Shown here piece after piece: positions 19,555 to 29,428 of a stretch of 64,000 nt of DNA; positions within the stretch are counted from its first letter, which is position 1; each line of letters starts with the position of its first letter. The stretch is from a virus (Duplodnaviria > Caudoviricetes), in the IMG/VR virus record IMGVR_UViG_3300050821_004020, positions 1 to 64,000 of that record; one strand, given 5' to 3'. The position numbers and the translations under genes were made by a program. The notes under the pieces were generated by a model. The model saw only the letters and a program-made list of their open reading frames with translations. It did not search any database and was not told the origin of the DNA.

Positions 19555-19594
19555 ATTACTACTGCAACTTCAAAAACCTGTCAAGTACTATTTT
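19555..19594 (-). promoter_or_regulatory. Sigma70-type promoter directly upstream of the RNA motif pair
   Basis: AAAATAGTAC-TTGACA-17-TAGTAAT. Confidence 0.65.
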
Positions 19595-19778
19595 CAACTA
19601 ATATTGAATTGCCGGATTGCGGTTAATTATATCCATGTCCGTCTGATCTAACTCGCTAACCAGCCTATCATACTCTTTCTTAATGAGGTCCATTTCGATC
19701 TTCTGCACCACGCGGCTGGCCACGGCTTCGACTAAACGCTCAAACTCAGCCTCGGCCAATACCGCCACGATATTAGCG

Positions 19779-20327
19779 TCAGTCGTGAGTCGCAGGGGAA
19801 ACGGCGGTCTCAGCGTTGGCGGATGCTGCGGTATTTCGAGCGGCACGTCGTTTTCTGGCATTTGCTTTCCTCTCTTTCTTGGCAGCTGCGGCTTCTTTAT
19901 TCCAGAGGCCCCAGGTCTTCTTCTCGTTCCAACCCAGGATTTCCTTTGCTAATTCCCGGGCGTCTTTCAGCTCCTCTTCCGTGAATTCTTCCGGGACCAA
20001 TTTACGAACGAGAGCAACGAACTGTTGGTTCCTCTTGCTCAGGTGCGGATTCTTTCGCTTCTTGGCAAATGCCGCCGCTCCCAGAATTGCCTTGTGCGCC
20101 TTCAATGGATTCAGGCTGGGAATCGACGTAAAGTCTTCGCCCTCGGAATCCTTAGCGAACTTCTGCTCGCACTTGATGCTCTCTCGGTGGCGTAGATCGC
20201 ACACTGGGCAGTTTATCATCTTTCCCAATTCCGGGTGACGGTCGGCAAAGCTGCGCTGGCGGATTGCCTTTAACGCTTCCTCTGCCGCTATCCCGACTTT
20301 CCAAGGCTCAGCTGTTATCTTGTTCAT
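19779..20327 (-). CDS. Hypothetical basic protein with CxxC
   Basis: ORF in operon. Confidence 0.5.
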   Translation of the reverse strand: MNKITAEPWKVGIAAEEALKAIRQRSFADRHPELGKMINCPVCDLRHRESIKCEQKFAKDSEGEDFTSIPSLNPLKAHKAILGAAAFAKKRKNPHLSKRNQQFVALVRKLVPEEFTEEELKDARELAKEILGWNEKKTWGLWNKEAAAAKKERKANARKRRAARNTAASANAETAVSPATHD

Positions 20328-20629
20328 CAGATTTACCTAAATTAGCCAACGCCGCTCCTAGATATGCCGCGCCCAAAACATCAAATGTGTGGAACCACGG
20401 GTGGTTCTCGCCGGGAAGCGGGAGTAACAAAGAGGCAAACGCTACTATGATAAGAAGCACTCTCATATGTGTATCCCGTACCGGATTGCTGAGTAAACCA
20501 CGTAAATCCAACCTAGGAATATGCTGTCAATGATGGCCCAGAAGTAGCTATGCCAGTGCGTAAAGGACATATAGAAGGCCAGCCCTGCGCCCGCTAGCAT
20601 CGTTAATTTGCCGCTAAATTCGGCCTCAC

Positions 20630-21241
20630 TCATAACGCTCTCCCAAAATCATATCTCCGTCCGGTGTGTTTCTTTTCGTCATTCTTAGGCTCTGGCGTTC
20701 CTTCAGATAGGACTTTGACTACTTCTTTTATTTTTCCGACTTTCCCTAAAGTTACCTGCCGCAAGCGAGCACCGAGACTTTCTAAATTCCAAGCTATGCT
20801 TTCTCCGTACGCTTCAATACGTTCTTGCTCTTCCTTGTTGTCACTGACGTTGGCGCGTTCAATGTGCGCCTTCTCAATCGTCGGAGACTTCTTTACTTGC
20901 GTTGTCTTTAAGCTTCTCTTACCGTCTGGGCTTACCGTCCGGATAATGTCGTCGCCCAGAACTGGGATCTGCCTGGTTACATATACTTTGCCTATGCCGC
21001 CACAGCATACACAGGTCTTCTTCAGCGGATCTAACGCTCCGCAGACGGGGCAATCCTCCTCTGCCCTGCTTGGCTTGAAAACCGTCGTGTATTGAGCCAA
21101 GCCGCGCTCGACTTCTACCCGGGCCTCCTCTACTGTAACGTATTGCCGGCATCTGCATTTCTTTGGGGACAGCGGCGTATCTTCTTCAAACCCTTTCTTC
21201 CTCTGGAAGCACGTGTGCGCCAGGACCTTTCGTATCTCCAT
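20630..21241 (-). CDS. Hypothetical Zn-binding protein
   Basis: CPVC...CVCCGG; GAGAGGGG RBS. Confidence 0.55.
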   Translation of the reverse strand: MEIRKVLAHTCFQRKKGFEEDTPLSPKKCRCRQYVTVEEARVEVERGLAQYTTVFKPSRAEEDCPVCGALDPLKKTCVCCGGIGKVYVTRQIPVLGDDIIRTVSPDGKRSLKTTQVKKSPTIEKAHIERANVSDNKEEQERIEAYGESIAWNLESLGARLRQVTLGKVGKIKEVVKVLSEGTPEPKNDEKKHTGRRYDFGRAL

Positions 21242-21259
21242 ACCCCTCTCGAAGCTGCT

Positions 21260-21697
21260 TTAAGTTGTCATGGAGAGGATGGCATCGCCGTTAACTCCAC
21301 TAGGACCCTCAATAGAGTCGCCCCCCTTCCGGATTGTTGACTTAAGGCCAGACATGGCCCTGTTTACGCGCCGAACCATCATCATAACGGCGTTAGGCGT
21401 CATCTTTAGTTGCTCTGCCACGACCTCTCTGGTTGCCCCGACCTTGTAATACAGATAGATGAGCCCGAGCATCCTAGAAGCCAGCCTACGCTGTTCCTGA
21501 TCTATGTCGGCCTTAGGAAACCTAGATTTGATGTGCTGCGCTATCCTCTCGTCGTCATGCACCCACACGGGTACCCGTCTCATTCTGGCAGCATGCTGAG
21601 TCGCCCCGGCGGTCTTCATAATTCCGTGACCGCCGCTGACGAACGTATCACTGCTATCCAGTTGAGTTCTTAGATTCGAGAATGCACTCTCTCCCAA
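21260..21697 (-). CDS. Putative HTH DNA-binding protein
   Basis: LYY..GAT..VVAEQL.MT.NAV..MVRR resembles a sigma region-4 HTH. Confidence 0.5.
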   Translation of the reverse strand: MGESAFSNLRTQLDSSDTFVSGGHGIMKTAGATQHAARMRRVPVWVHDDERIAQHIKSRFPKADIDQEQRRLASRMLGLIYLYYKVGATREVVAEQLKMTPNAVMMMVRRVNRAMSGLKSTIRKGGDSIEGPSGVNGDAILSMTT

Positions 21698-22169
21698 TTA
21701 TTCTCCTAGAAACTCTGTCTTCAACCGCTTCTGCTCGCTAGGGGATAAATCCGCGAACTTCTGCATTGTCAGTCTCCGGTTCCCCAGGAAAGTCAGGAAC
21801 CTAGTTGCCCTTCTCTTTTCCGGAGACATTCTCTGCTCATCAAGCATGGTCACTAGCTCTTCTTCATAATCTATGAGGCCAACAGACCGGTGGCCTCGAG
21901 CTTCTCTATGCGTTGATATTCCTTCCCCGTACTGCCCATCTACGTCGGTCTTATCATTGGTTACAAAAATATTTACCTTCATCGGACCCCCATAATCCGA
22001 AGGAGCCGAGCGAATCGCTCTTCTCTTTCTATGTGGGATCTTCCAGGTACACCGCCCCCTTCTCCCTTACCATCTGAGCCGTGCCCGCCCTCATCCGCGC
22101 TGCCCCCTCGGTATTCCATGTTGTCGTAATCGTCCAAATTAGGTTTCTTTGCGCTGATTGCCTCGGTCA

Positions 22170-23354
22170 TTAGTCGTCCTCTTGGAACAGTTCATCAAAT
22201 GACTGTTCATCTGATTTGGTGAAATTCTGTTGCTTGTAGCCGTCGTCCTGCAGGACAAACGCCCTGAAGTACGAGTCATTCCTGTCATCCTTGGGATAGC
22301 GAATGCCGAACGTGTTTGACCATTCCTTGTTCTTCCACGCATTTACTATGCCCATGATCTGCCGGCCTGCATTCCTGCCAGCATCATCAGCGGACTCCTT
22401 ACTAACGTAGCCAGCGTTGAATTGAATTCTCTGCTTGGTTATCGCGGATAACGGAGCTAATACTGCATTCTGCTCCAACCAATTAAACGCCCGCTCTTTT
22501 GCTGCATTCGTCTGGTCTAACTTGTCTCCTTTCTTTCCTTGGGCTCGATCCATTTCTCCCAGCATGAAATCGTTGTAGACTATCCATGCGGAATCTCCCT
22601 CTTCTTCAACTCTTGCAATAACTCCTTCTTGTCCTCTTCCGAAGCTACCAACGGCCTCAATAAAACTGATGCTATAGCCTTTTTTGTATCCGAGTCCTTT
22701 TTTGACGAACCACAACAGGGCGACGTCCCGAATCCCTGACACCCATGAATAACGCCTGAGTTGCGCGTCAAAGGCGGCCATTCCCGGCTGGTCCGGGAAA
22801 TCCACGGCGCTAGTCTTAATATCAACGATGAGCGGTCTGAAGGCTCCATACTTTTCGGTTGCTTTAGGTAATTTAGGATGCGCTGGATCCACGTAACAAA
22901 CGATGTCCAACTTGCCTTCATCTTCAATGCCGCCATAATTCTCATCTCCTGGAAATACTTCCTTGAAATACTTTCTCTGCCATACGGAGTTACCACCCAT
23001 AGGAATAGGCAAGCTGGGCTGCACCGCTGCATAAAGACGAATCATGTCTGAGCCCATCTTGTTGCAGGTATCCCAGTCCTTTTCGTTATCCGTGTAGGAC
23101 AAACTCAGCTCTTTGTTCGCGGCCCATCTGCGCTGGAAGTCTTCAAACGCGCCTTCACCACCGTGCTCATGATGAAACTGCACGGCCTCTTCCAGCGCCT
23201 TGCCGAACTGGAACCGAGCCTTATTGTCCCGTTCCCGCCAGCCGAGTACTTTTTGTAAGTAATATTTCAGAGGACATTGGTCCCAGGTATTCCCCGCTGA
23301 GTAGCTGTGCTTCCTCCAGGGTATCCCCTTGCTGTTCACGTATAGGTGCGCCAT
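22170..23354 (-). CDS. PD-(D/E)xK exonuclease (RecB/AddB-like)
   Basis: HSYS...QCPLKYYL; GKALEEA; GKLDIV; IVDIKTS; QLRRY. Confidence 0.8.
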   Translation of the reverse strand: MAHLYVNSKGIPWRKHSYSAGNTWDQCPLKYYLQKVLGWRERDNKARFQFGKALEEAVQFHHEHGGEGAFEDFQRRWAANKELSLSYTDNEKDWDTCNKMGSDMIRLYAAVQPSLPIPMGGNSVWQRKYFKEVFPGDENYGGIEDEGKLDIVCYVDPAHPKLPKATEKYGAFRPLIVDIKTSAVDFPDQPGMAAFDAQLRRYSWVSGIRDVALLWFVKKGLGYKKGYSISFIEAVGSFGRGQEGVIARVEEEGDSAWIVYNDFMLGEMDRAQGKKGDKLDQTNAAKERAFNWLEQNAVLAPLSAITKQRIQFNAGYVSKESADDAGRNAGRQIMGIVNAWKNKEWSNTFGIRYPKDDRNDSYFRAFVLQDDGYKQQNFTKSDEQSFDELFQEDD

Positions 23355-24897
23355 CTTCCCTCTCTAGGAACATGCTGCGTGTCCCTGACCAACTAATTTG
23401 TAAGTTCTCTGCCGCTCGACTGCAGGCTACGAAAAAGATCCGCTTCTCTTCCGTTAGCTCGCCGTCTTTGTGCGGCATAACGCCTTGCTGTGCGCCGATC
23501 ACGAAGACGTTCTTCCATTCTCTTCCTTTTGCCTGATGCACAGTGGCTAGCATCAGATCCTTGTCCTTCTTGCTCTTTCTGCCATACGTCCGCTTGCGGA
23601 TGTAGGTTAGAAATTCCATCAGCGTTCCACCCTTGGTGGCCGCTAGCTTCACGATGTTATTTAAGTTTTCAATCGGGTCAGAGTTCATCTGATCCCCGGT
23701 GTTCCTGTACCGGTTGAACAGGTTGTGATCCTGGATGATCCGCTTGAGCGATGCAGCGGCTGGCTCTAGCTGGTGCGCGTCCTTGGCTAGATTAAGAAGG
23801 GCCTTTACCTCGTTCTGCTCCCAGTAGTCTTTCTTGCCTAGGTTTCTGTATTTTATTTCCTTGCTGGTTGCGATTCTCTGTACCTCGAACAGCTGACGAT
23901 TTGTCCTGGCGATGATGACTGAGTTCTCTGGATCCTTCGTAGCCTCGTCTAATACCTTTCTGGCTTCAGTATCTGAGTCCGTATATTTCATTAGTACGGG
24001 CTCAACACCGTCCTCTTTATCCGTAGTCATATGAGATGCAATCCCATTGTCCAACGGAATAATCTCCTTAAAGAAATTCACCAGCCTCTTAGTACTGCGA
24101 TAATTCTGGCCAAGATAAAGTTTTCTAGCTCCGGGGAACAGTCTTTCAAAGTTAGAGAGATTCCCAGGTTGCGCTGACCGCCATTCATAAATGAGCTGGT
24201 TTTCATCTCCCACCACGAGGATGTTGCCCCCAAAGAGGAGTTGAAGAAGCCTGAATTGAGTGATGTCTGTGTCTTGACATTCGTCCACTGAGATGTATCG
24301 TTTTTGATTACGATGTCTAACATCTTCATTCGTCTCCAATAGTTTTACGGTCTCTCGCATCAGTGAGTCAAAGTCCAGCCAGCCTTGCTCTCTGCAGCCC
24401 GTCTCATAATCCGCATACGCGTTAGCGAAATAATACTCTTTACCTATTGCTTCCTTTATTGCCTGCTCTGGCTCAATGCTGGAGCGCTTCCACTCCGAGA
24501 TTCTTCCTTGTAGTGTCCTAAAGCTCGAGATCGCTGGGTAGGCCTTCACCAGATCAAAGAGCAGCTGGTAGTCTTCCCCACGAACCGGGATAACTGTGTC
24601 CGTTAATTGAAACGGCACAGCAGCTCGTTCTTTCTTGATTAGCTCCAAGGCGTAGGAATGAAACGTCCTGAAAACCTGGTCCGCGTTGAGCAGGCCGACT
24701 CGCTTGACCAGACTCTCGGCAGCCGCTGATGTAAAAGTCAGATTCAATATGTCCTTTTGAGAAATTCCTTTAGTGAGCATCTGAATATGACGTTCTATGA
24801 GGACAGTACTCTTTCCCGACCCGGGGCCTGCAATTACAACAAATGAGCCGTTCACTGCGTTTATAACTTCTTGTTGGGCCGAATTAAAAATGGTCAT
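23221..24897 (-). CDS. UvrD/Rep superfamily-1 helicase
   Basis: AGPGSGKS, TFHS, VDECQD, VGDENQLIYEWR, NYRS, TVHQAKGREW, EEKRIFFVACSRA. Confidence 0.92.
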   Translation of the reverse strand: MTIFNSAQQEVINAVNGSFVVIAGPGSGKSTVLIERHIQMLTKGISQKDILNLTFTSAAAESLVKRVGLLNADQVFRTFHSYALELIKKERAAVPFQLTDTVIPVRGEDYQLLFDLVKAYPAISSFRTLQGRISEWKRSSIEPEQAIKEAIGKEYYFANAYADYETGCREQGWLDFDSLMRETVKLLETNEDVRHRNQKRYISVDECQDTDITQFRLLQLLFGGNILVVGDENQLIYEWRSAQPGNLSNFERLFPGARKLYLGQNYRSTKRLVNFFKEIIPLDNGIASHMTTDKEDGVEPVLMKYTDSDTEARKVLDEATKDPENSVIIARTNRQLFEVQRIATSKEIKYRNLGKKDYWEQNEVKALLNLAKDAHQLEPAAASLKRIIQDHNLFNRYRNTGDQMNSDPIENLNNIVKLAATKGGTLMEFLTYIRKRTYGRKSKKDKDLMLATVHQAKGREWKNVFVIGAQQGVMPHKDGELTEEKRIFFVACSRAAENLQISWSGTRSMFLEREDGAPIREQQGDTLEEAQLLSGEYLGPMSSEILLTKSTRLAGTGQ

Positions 24898-25219
24898 CGT
24901 CGCCTTAGAAACTTAAAGATGCGCTCTGTTAGGTAGCCTAAGTGATATGCGACCGTCTCACTGCTGCTGATAAGGATTCGTGCGCTATGACCCCAACGGA
25001 CGCATTCGGCTTCAAAAAGATAAACGTTAAATTGCTGTTGCGAACAAAAATGGTTATGCCCGCCGAATTACTAATGTCGTCGTCTGAGATAACTTCAGTA
25101 GCGGGGTACTTCTTAACGGCCTTTTCAAAATTAGAAGTAACCTCAACATGGACAATGTAATTAGAGAAAACAGGAAACTCTATGTGAGTAAGCTCCACGC
25201 CCATCTCGTCAAACAGCAT
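24894..25219 (-). pseudogene. Frameshifted zincin-like phage protein
   Basis: ORF reads VIAHES then loses the second His; another frame gives ETVAYHLGYLTERIF ending in a TGA that overlaps the helicase ATG. Confidence 0.55.
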
Positions 25220-25249
25220 GTGACTAATCGCATGCCGTGTGTCGATCTT

Positions 25250-26395
25250 TCATAGCCCTATACTTTCCTCAATAAATTTAATTGTGCCGGTGGGCCCGAA
25301 TTGAGCGAACACCTCGTCTAACTTGCCCAGATACTTCTCCCATTGCTCGATGCTGAGTTCATTCATGCTGGTAACATCAGAAAACATAATCTTGGCAAGT
25401 TCCCGCATCTTATCCGGGTTGCCCATACCTTCTCTGGGCGCGAACCCAGCGGGCTCGAGCTGATCGTTAATCAACTTGAAAAGGCGCTGACGGTACGGCT
25501 TGACTTCTTCCGTGCTTAAGCGAGGCTTCTTGACCGCTGGTGCCGGTGTTGATGCCGGTTGTGGAACGGGCGTAACTACTGGTGCCGGAGGCGGCGCGGG
25601 TGCCGGTGTTGGTGCCGGTTGTGCTTGGGGCGGCTCAGACGGGCCCAGATCGACCTTAGCCTTTCTGGGCTTCCTAGTCTTCTTGGGCTCAGGCCCCGCG
25701 AGGCAATGCTCATCGTTCAGCGAAGCGATTGCGTCAGCACGAAGCTTGGCCTGCCGCGTCTCAAACTGCTCTTGAGTCTCTGAAACGAATCCCGCAGCAA
25801 CGTTAGCGGCGCACGGAATGGGAACAGAAGCTTGCAAAACTTCTCCGGTATTTGGCAGCGTAATCTCAACAGCTTTTCCCGGTTCAGTATTTACTTGTAC
25901 AGTGGGCTGCGGGATTACTGCTTGCGGCGTAGTATTGATAACCTTAACGGGCTGTCTGGAATTGATCTCACTTTCATCTAGTATTCCAGCACCAAGGAAT
26001 TGCAAAGTCATTCTACGCACAGCTCGTGTTTGAGCCGTCATAATTGCATCGTCCAGATCTTTTCCGGATAGATTGGAAATGTACTTTGCGCCCGTAGCCA
26101 TTTCCTGCCGGCCATCTGTGCTCTTCCCTGTTGCAGTGAAGACGATTGATCCACCGACTTCTTTGCTGTCTAGGCTGGTCACACTGATGCCGTGATTGCT
26201 TCTGACGATCTCCGCGCCGCCACGTTTGATGTACGCTACAAGCCGAGCGGGGCCGTCCTCTTCATCTAGGTACGTCAGCATCACCAGATTCAATTCCGGC
26301 GGTATGCCTAGATGCTCGCAGACATTCTCAACATATGTCCGCTTCTGCTCTTCATTCAATGCTGAGAGATCGTAGATTGGTGTAAACTTTTTCAT
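25250..26395 (-). CDS. Single-strand annealing protein (RecT/Sak-like) with Pro-rich linker
   Basis: AIMTAQTRAVRRMTLQFLG motif; adjacent to nuclease and helicase. Confidence 0.65.
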   Translation of the reverse strand: MKKFTPIYDLSALNEEQKRTYVENVCEHLGIPPELNLVMLTYLDEEDGPARLVAYIKRGGAEIVRSNHGISVTSLDSKEVGGSIVFTATGKSTDGRQEMATGAKYISNLSGKDLDDAIMTAQTRAVRRMTLQFLGAGILDESEINSRQPVKVINTTPQAVIPQPTVQVNTEPGKAVEITLPNTGEVLQASVPIPCAANVAAGFVSETQEQFETRQAKLRADAIASLNDEHCLAGPEPKKTRKPRKAKVDLGPSEPPQAQPAPTPAPAPPPAPVVTPVPQPASTPAPAVKKPRLSTEEVKPYRQRLFKLINDQLEPAGFAPREGMGNPDKMRELAKIMFSDVTSMNELSIEQWEKYLGKLDEVFAQFGPTGTIKFIEESIGL

Positions 26396-26418
26396 TTGTT
26401 GCTCCCTTACTATCAGTC

Positions 26419-26448
26419 ATACTAGACGTCATGGTACTAGCTTGTCAA
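26419..26448 (-). promoter_or_regulatory. Sigma70-type promoter of the recombination operon
   Basis: TTGACA-18-TAGTAT. Confidence 0.65.
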
Positions 26449-26484
26449 GCATTTCTTTAGATATTTTAAACCCTTTATTTGCTA

Positions 26485-28731
26485 TTACTTGTGGTAAAAT
26501 GAGTCTTCAAACCCGTCCGATCCCAGAGGTAGCGTCAACGCCCAAGCTACTGGACGGTTCATAATTCGTTCCATCTGGGCCACGCCAGGCGCGAAAGGAT
26601 CGTCATCCGTTAGGCAAATTCCCTCGTCGTGGACGTGTCCTACCGTTTCAAATCCAGCATCTTCAAATTCCAAAAGTTTATCCGCCAGCACATCCCTAGC
26701 AATTGCTTGCACGATGTTCTCGAATATCTTTCCCCCGTGTGAAACGATCAAGGACCACTGTTTAGTGTCTTGATTCATTCCATAGTAAGTAAACCCCGGC
26801 TTCCAGACTTCTTCTTCCGTTACAGCTCCATCTTTGGTTACCTTGCGCATCCAAGGCATCTTCACATCTTGAACTGACGCGTCCAAATAGTGCAGGTAGC
26901 GACCTGACGGCAACTTGATACGGAGCATTGCACGAACGGAATCATCACTACCAAAGGTCAGCTTATCTATCGTGATGGCTTCTTCAGGACCGATCTTGCG
27001 TACAGTTCGCTCGCCTCTCAAAACATCTAGGACAGCGTCTTCCAATTGGTACCAGATGCCGCCGCCGAAGCCAGTGTCACGATCAGGTGATCCCCCGATC
27101 TCCTGGTACGCGTCACGAAAGATCTTCACGACCTCATGGGCCTGTTTCAGATCCATGTCCACGCCCATGCCCTCGGCGTATCCCCACAGGCCGGTCTTGA
27201 TCTTGTCTCCGTTCTTATCCGTGCCCCAGCCGCCTCCGCCCAGGCGGTAGACCGCGCCCAAAACGCCGGGCTTTGCGATTTGGCGGTGACGCTTAGCTTC
27301 CGCTTTGATCTTTGCGTCCTTGGACTTTATGTCCGAAGCCAACTTTTCATAGGGTATCCCCGTCATTTTGTTAGCAAAGTCCAGATACGGATCCCGGTTC
27401 AACGCAAAGACTTGAAGCAGAGCATTACACTGTGCAACCCACGCGGCCACACGAGTTTCAATGGCGTTCAAATCACAAACATTAAAACGCTTTCCTTCTG
27501 GCGCAACGAACACGGTACGCAGAATATTCTTTGCGATAATTAAAGGCGAATACAGGGGATCTTCCCCAGGCATCATTCGCTTTGGATCTTTCTTGAACGA
27601 TGTCTTTAATAGCTCGTACTGATTGTTGTAAACGAACTGACGAGCTTGCTGCACGAGAGTTAAATCTTCAAAGACGCTGTCAGGACGCGCCATGTTATGA
27701 AGCTGGACAGCATTTCCAGCCCATCGTCCGCACCTGGGTGAGCCCATGTAAATGAACTGACCTTTTATACGATCATCCGCGCAAATGTTCTGCATGATGG
27801 CGTCCAGCTTCTTGTAGCTGGTTGAGCTTGCTTCCATTCGGTGATTGAGCACGGTACGGCAAAGATCCGAAAGTGGAATAGTCCTGTCAGCCTCCACCAC
27901 ATCCGGCGCCTTTAGAATCAATTCAACGTTCTGTTTACGCAGATTGTTCAGCGGATAGCCACGCTCTCTTACCCATGGGAGTAGCTGCGGGCCAGAGTTC
28001 GCGTTCTCCAGACCGGTTAGCTTGTTCTGTTGCTCCAGCTTCTCTGCTTTATTCTTGGACGCAATGCCAAGCAGTAACTTGACGAAATTGCGGTCCACGG
28101 GCATGCCACGGTCATTGACCGTCTGATCAAACAGCCAGATAGCTCGTTCCCTAGGCGGTAACGGGAAGGCGCCCAGTAGCTCGAGCCGGCGAGCTACTTC
28201 TCGCTCCGCTACGATATCCTGCATGCAATAATTGCCCAGCTCAATCCACTCCTGTGGATGAGACTTTTCATCATTGAAATAGATCCCGCCGCCCTCTTTC
28301 TTCTTGCGCTTGTGCGGGTACGAGAACAGGTCCAGAAGCTTCTCACCGCGTTCGTCCTTACGCATGCTCTGTGGCAGGCCCAGGACACGGCCCACTTGAT
28401 CCAAGTTTGCTGGCAGCGATAGGTATCTGGCACTGGCTTGCGGATCCTGGAATCTGGACGCCGGAATCTTAATGCCTAGTAAAATGTCTGTGGCTAGTCG
28501 TTCAAATGCTGAGTTGAAAGCGATAATTTCTACATCTGGATTATGTAACGCATCTAGAAGTTCCTTGGGCATTGGCATGCCAGGAAGCCACAGTTGCGGC
28601 ACGCCATTATTGATTGCCCAAGCGAGCATCAAAATGTGTGTCCTTGGATGAGCGAAGTAGTTATACAGACCGACTTCGGTCAGTTCCGCTTCGCTCGCCG
28701 TTTCATAATCTAAATGCAATTGGGTTTTCAT
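26485..28731 (-). CDS. Family-A DNA polymerase (phage type) with 3'-5' exonuclease
   Basis: LDYET, AFNSAFE, YCMQDIVAE, CDLNAIETRV, KPGVLGAVY, ENIVQAIARD, HVHDE; ATG overlaps the upstream stop. Confidence 0.93.
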   Translation of the reverse strand: MKTQLHLDYETASEAELTEVGLYNYFAHPRTHILMLAWAINNGVPQLWLPGMPMPKELLDALHNPDVEIIAFNSAFERLATDILLGIKIPASRFQDPQASARYLSLPANLDQVGRVLGLPQSMRKDERGEKLLDLFSYPHKRKKKEGGGIYFNDEKSHPQEWIELGNYCMQDIVAEREVARRLELLGAFPLPPRERAIWLFDQTVNDRGMPVDRNFVKLLLGIASKNKAEKLEQQNKLTGLENANSGPQLLPWVRERGYPLNNLRKQNVELILKAPDVVEADRTIPLSDLCRTVLNHRMEASSTSYKKLDAIMQNICADDRIKGQFIYMGSPRCGRWAGNAVQLHNMARPDSVFEDLTLVQQARQFVYNNQYELLKTSFKKDPKRMMPGEDPLYSPLIIAKNILRTVFVAPEGKRFNVCDLNAIETRVAAWVAQCNALLQVFALNRDPYLDFANKMTGIPYEKLASDIKSKDAKIKAEAKRHRQIAKPGVLGAVYRLGGGGWGTDKNGDKIKTGLWGYAEGMGVDMDLKQAHEVVKIFRDAYQEIGGSPDRDTGFGGGIWYQLEDAVLDVLRGERTVRKIGPEEAITIDKLTFGSDDSVRAMLRIKLPSGRYLHYLDASVQDVKMPWMRKVTKDGAVTEEEVWKPGFTYYGMNQDTKQWSLIVSHGGKIFENIVQAIARDVLADKLLEFEDAGFETVGHVHDEGICLTDDDPFAPGVAQMERIMNRPVAWALTLPLGSDGFEDSFYHK

Positions 28732-29108
28732 TTCGTTTTTCGCAATTGTTTTCTTCTGATAATCTCTTTCTTTAGCTGATGATTCATGCACAGAGTTTGA
28801 AATCCTGGCGGAAAGCCTTGTTTTCTAAGTCTAAACATTCCCGTAACGCCTGTTTTCGAGCCGTGCTCTCTATCCTTCTTGCCGTTGTCATCAATATGAT
28901 CCAACGTCAAACAATCGATATCGTTTACTTTACATCCTCGCCACGAGCAAAGCAGCTTCCCGCCCTTCCCGTAATGCGAAAGAGCCTGAACTTTGAGTCT
29001 ATCTCGCACACGATGATTAGACTGTCGTGATTCATGTAAGAAACGGGCGTATCTTTTGGGGCGGTTCTTTTTAAGATTCGCCCGCCATCGACGTCGATCA
29101 AAACTCAT
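28728..29108 (-). CDS. HNH-type endonuclease
   Basis: C..C...LTLDHIDDNG...FQTLCMNHQ. Confidence 0.7.
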   Translation of the reverse strand: MSFDRRRWRANLKKNRPKRYARFLHESRQSNHRVRDRLKVQALSHYGKGGKLLCSWRGCKVNDIDCLTLDHIDDNGKKDREHGSKTGVTGMFRLRKQGFPPGFQTLCMNHQLKKEIIRRKQLRKTK

Positions 29109-29428
29109 GCGTGGTCTTTTAATTCTCCCATTACCTTTCTAGCTGAAAGCTTATCTAGGTTAAACTGTCCTACTTCTTCGAGGCTATAGCCCAGCTCTCT
29201 CACAAATGCTGCAAGATACCAAAGCACGTCTCCTGCCTCGTCCATCAACATTGCTTTTTCTTGGGGCCCTAGAGCCAGCCCCTTGCGGAGAATCTTCTTA
29301 TACTTATTTGCAATCTCCCCAGCTTCACCGAGCATTCCGAATAGAGTATATTCAACTGCCTCTTTATCGGTACGATTCGGATAGACTGCTGTTCCAAACG
29401 ACCGTGTTTGATAATAATTTAACTCCAT
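29105..29428 (-). CDS. MazG-like nucleotide pyrophosphohydrolase
   Basis: GMLGEAGEIANKYKK; DEAGDVLWY; NLDKL. Confidence 0.88.
   Translation of the reverse strand: MELNYYQTRSFGTAVYPNRTDKEAVEYTLFGMLGEAGEIANKYKKILRKGLALGPQEKAMLMDEAGDVLWYLAAFVRELGYSLEEVGQFNLDKLSARKVMGELKDHA

Noticed and set aside
23221-23354. 134-nt overlap of the UvrD C-terminus with the nuclease gene
   Set aside because: Could be a lost stop codon or small deletion, but the helicase motifs are complete and nothing supports a function
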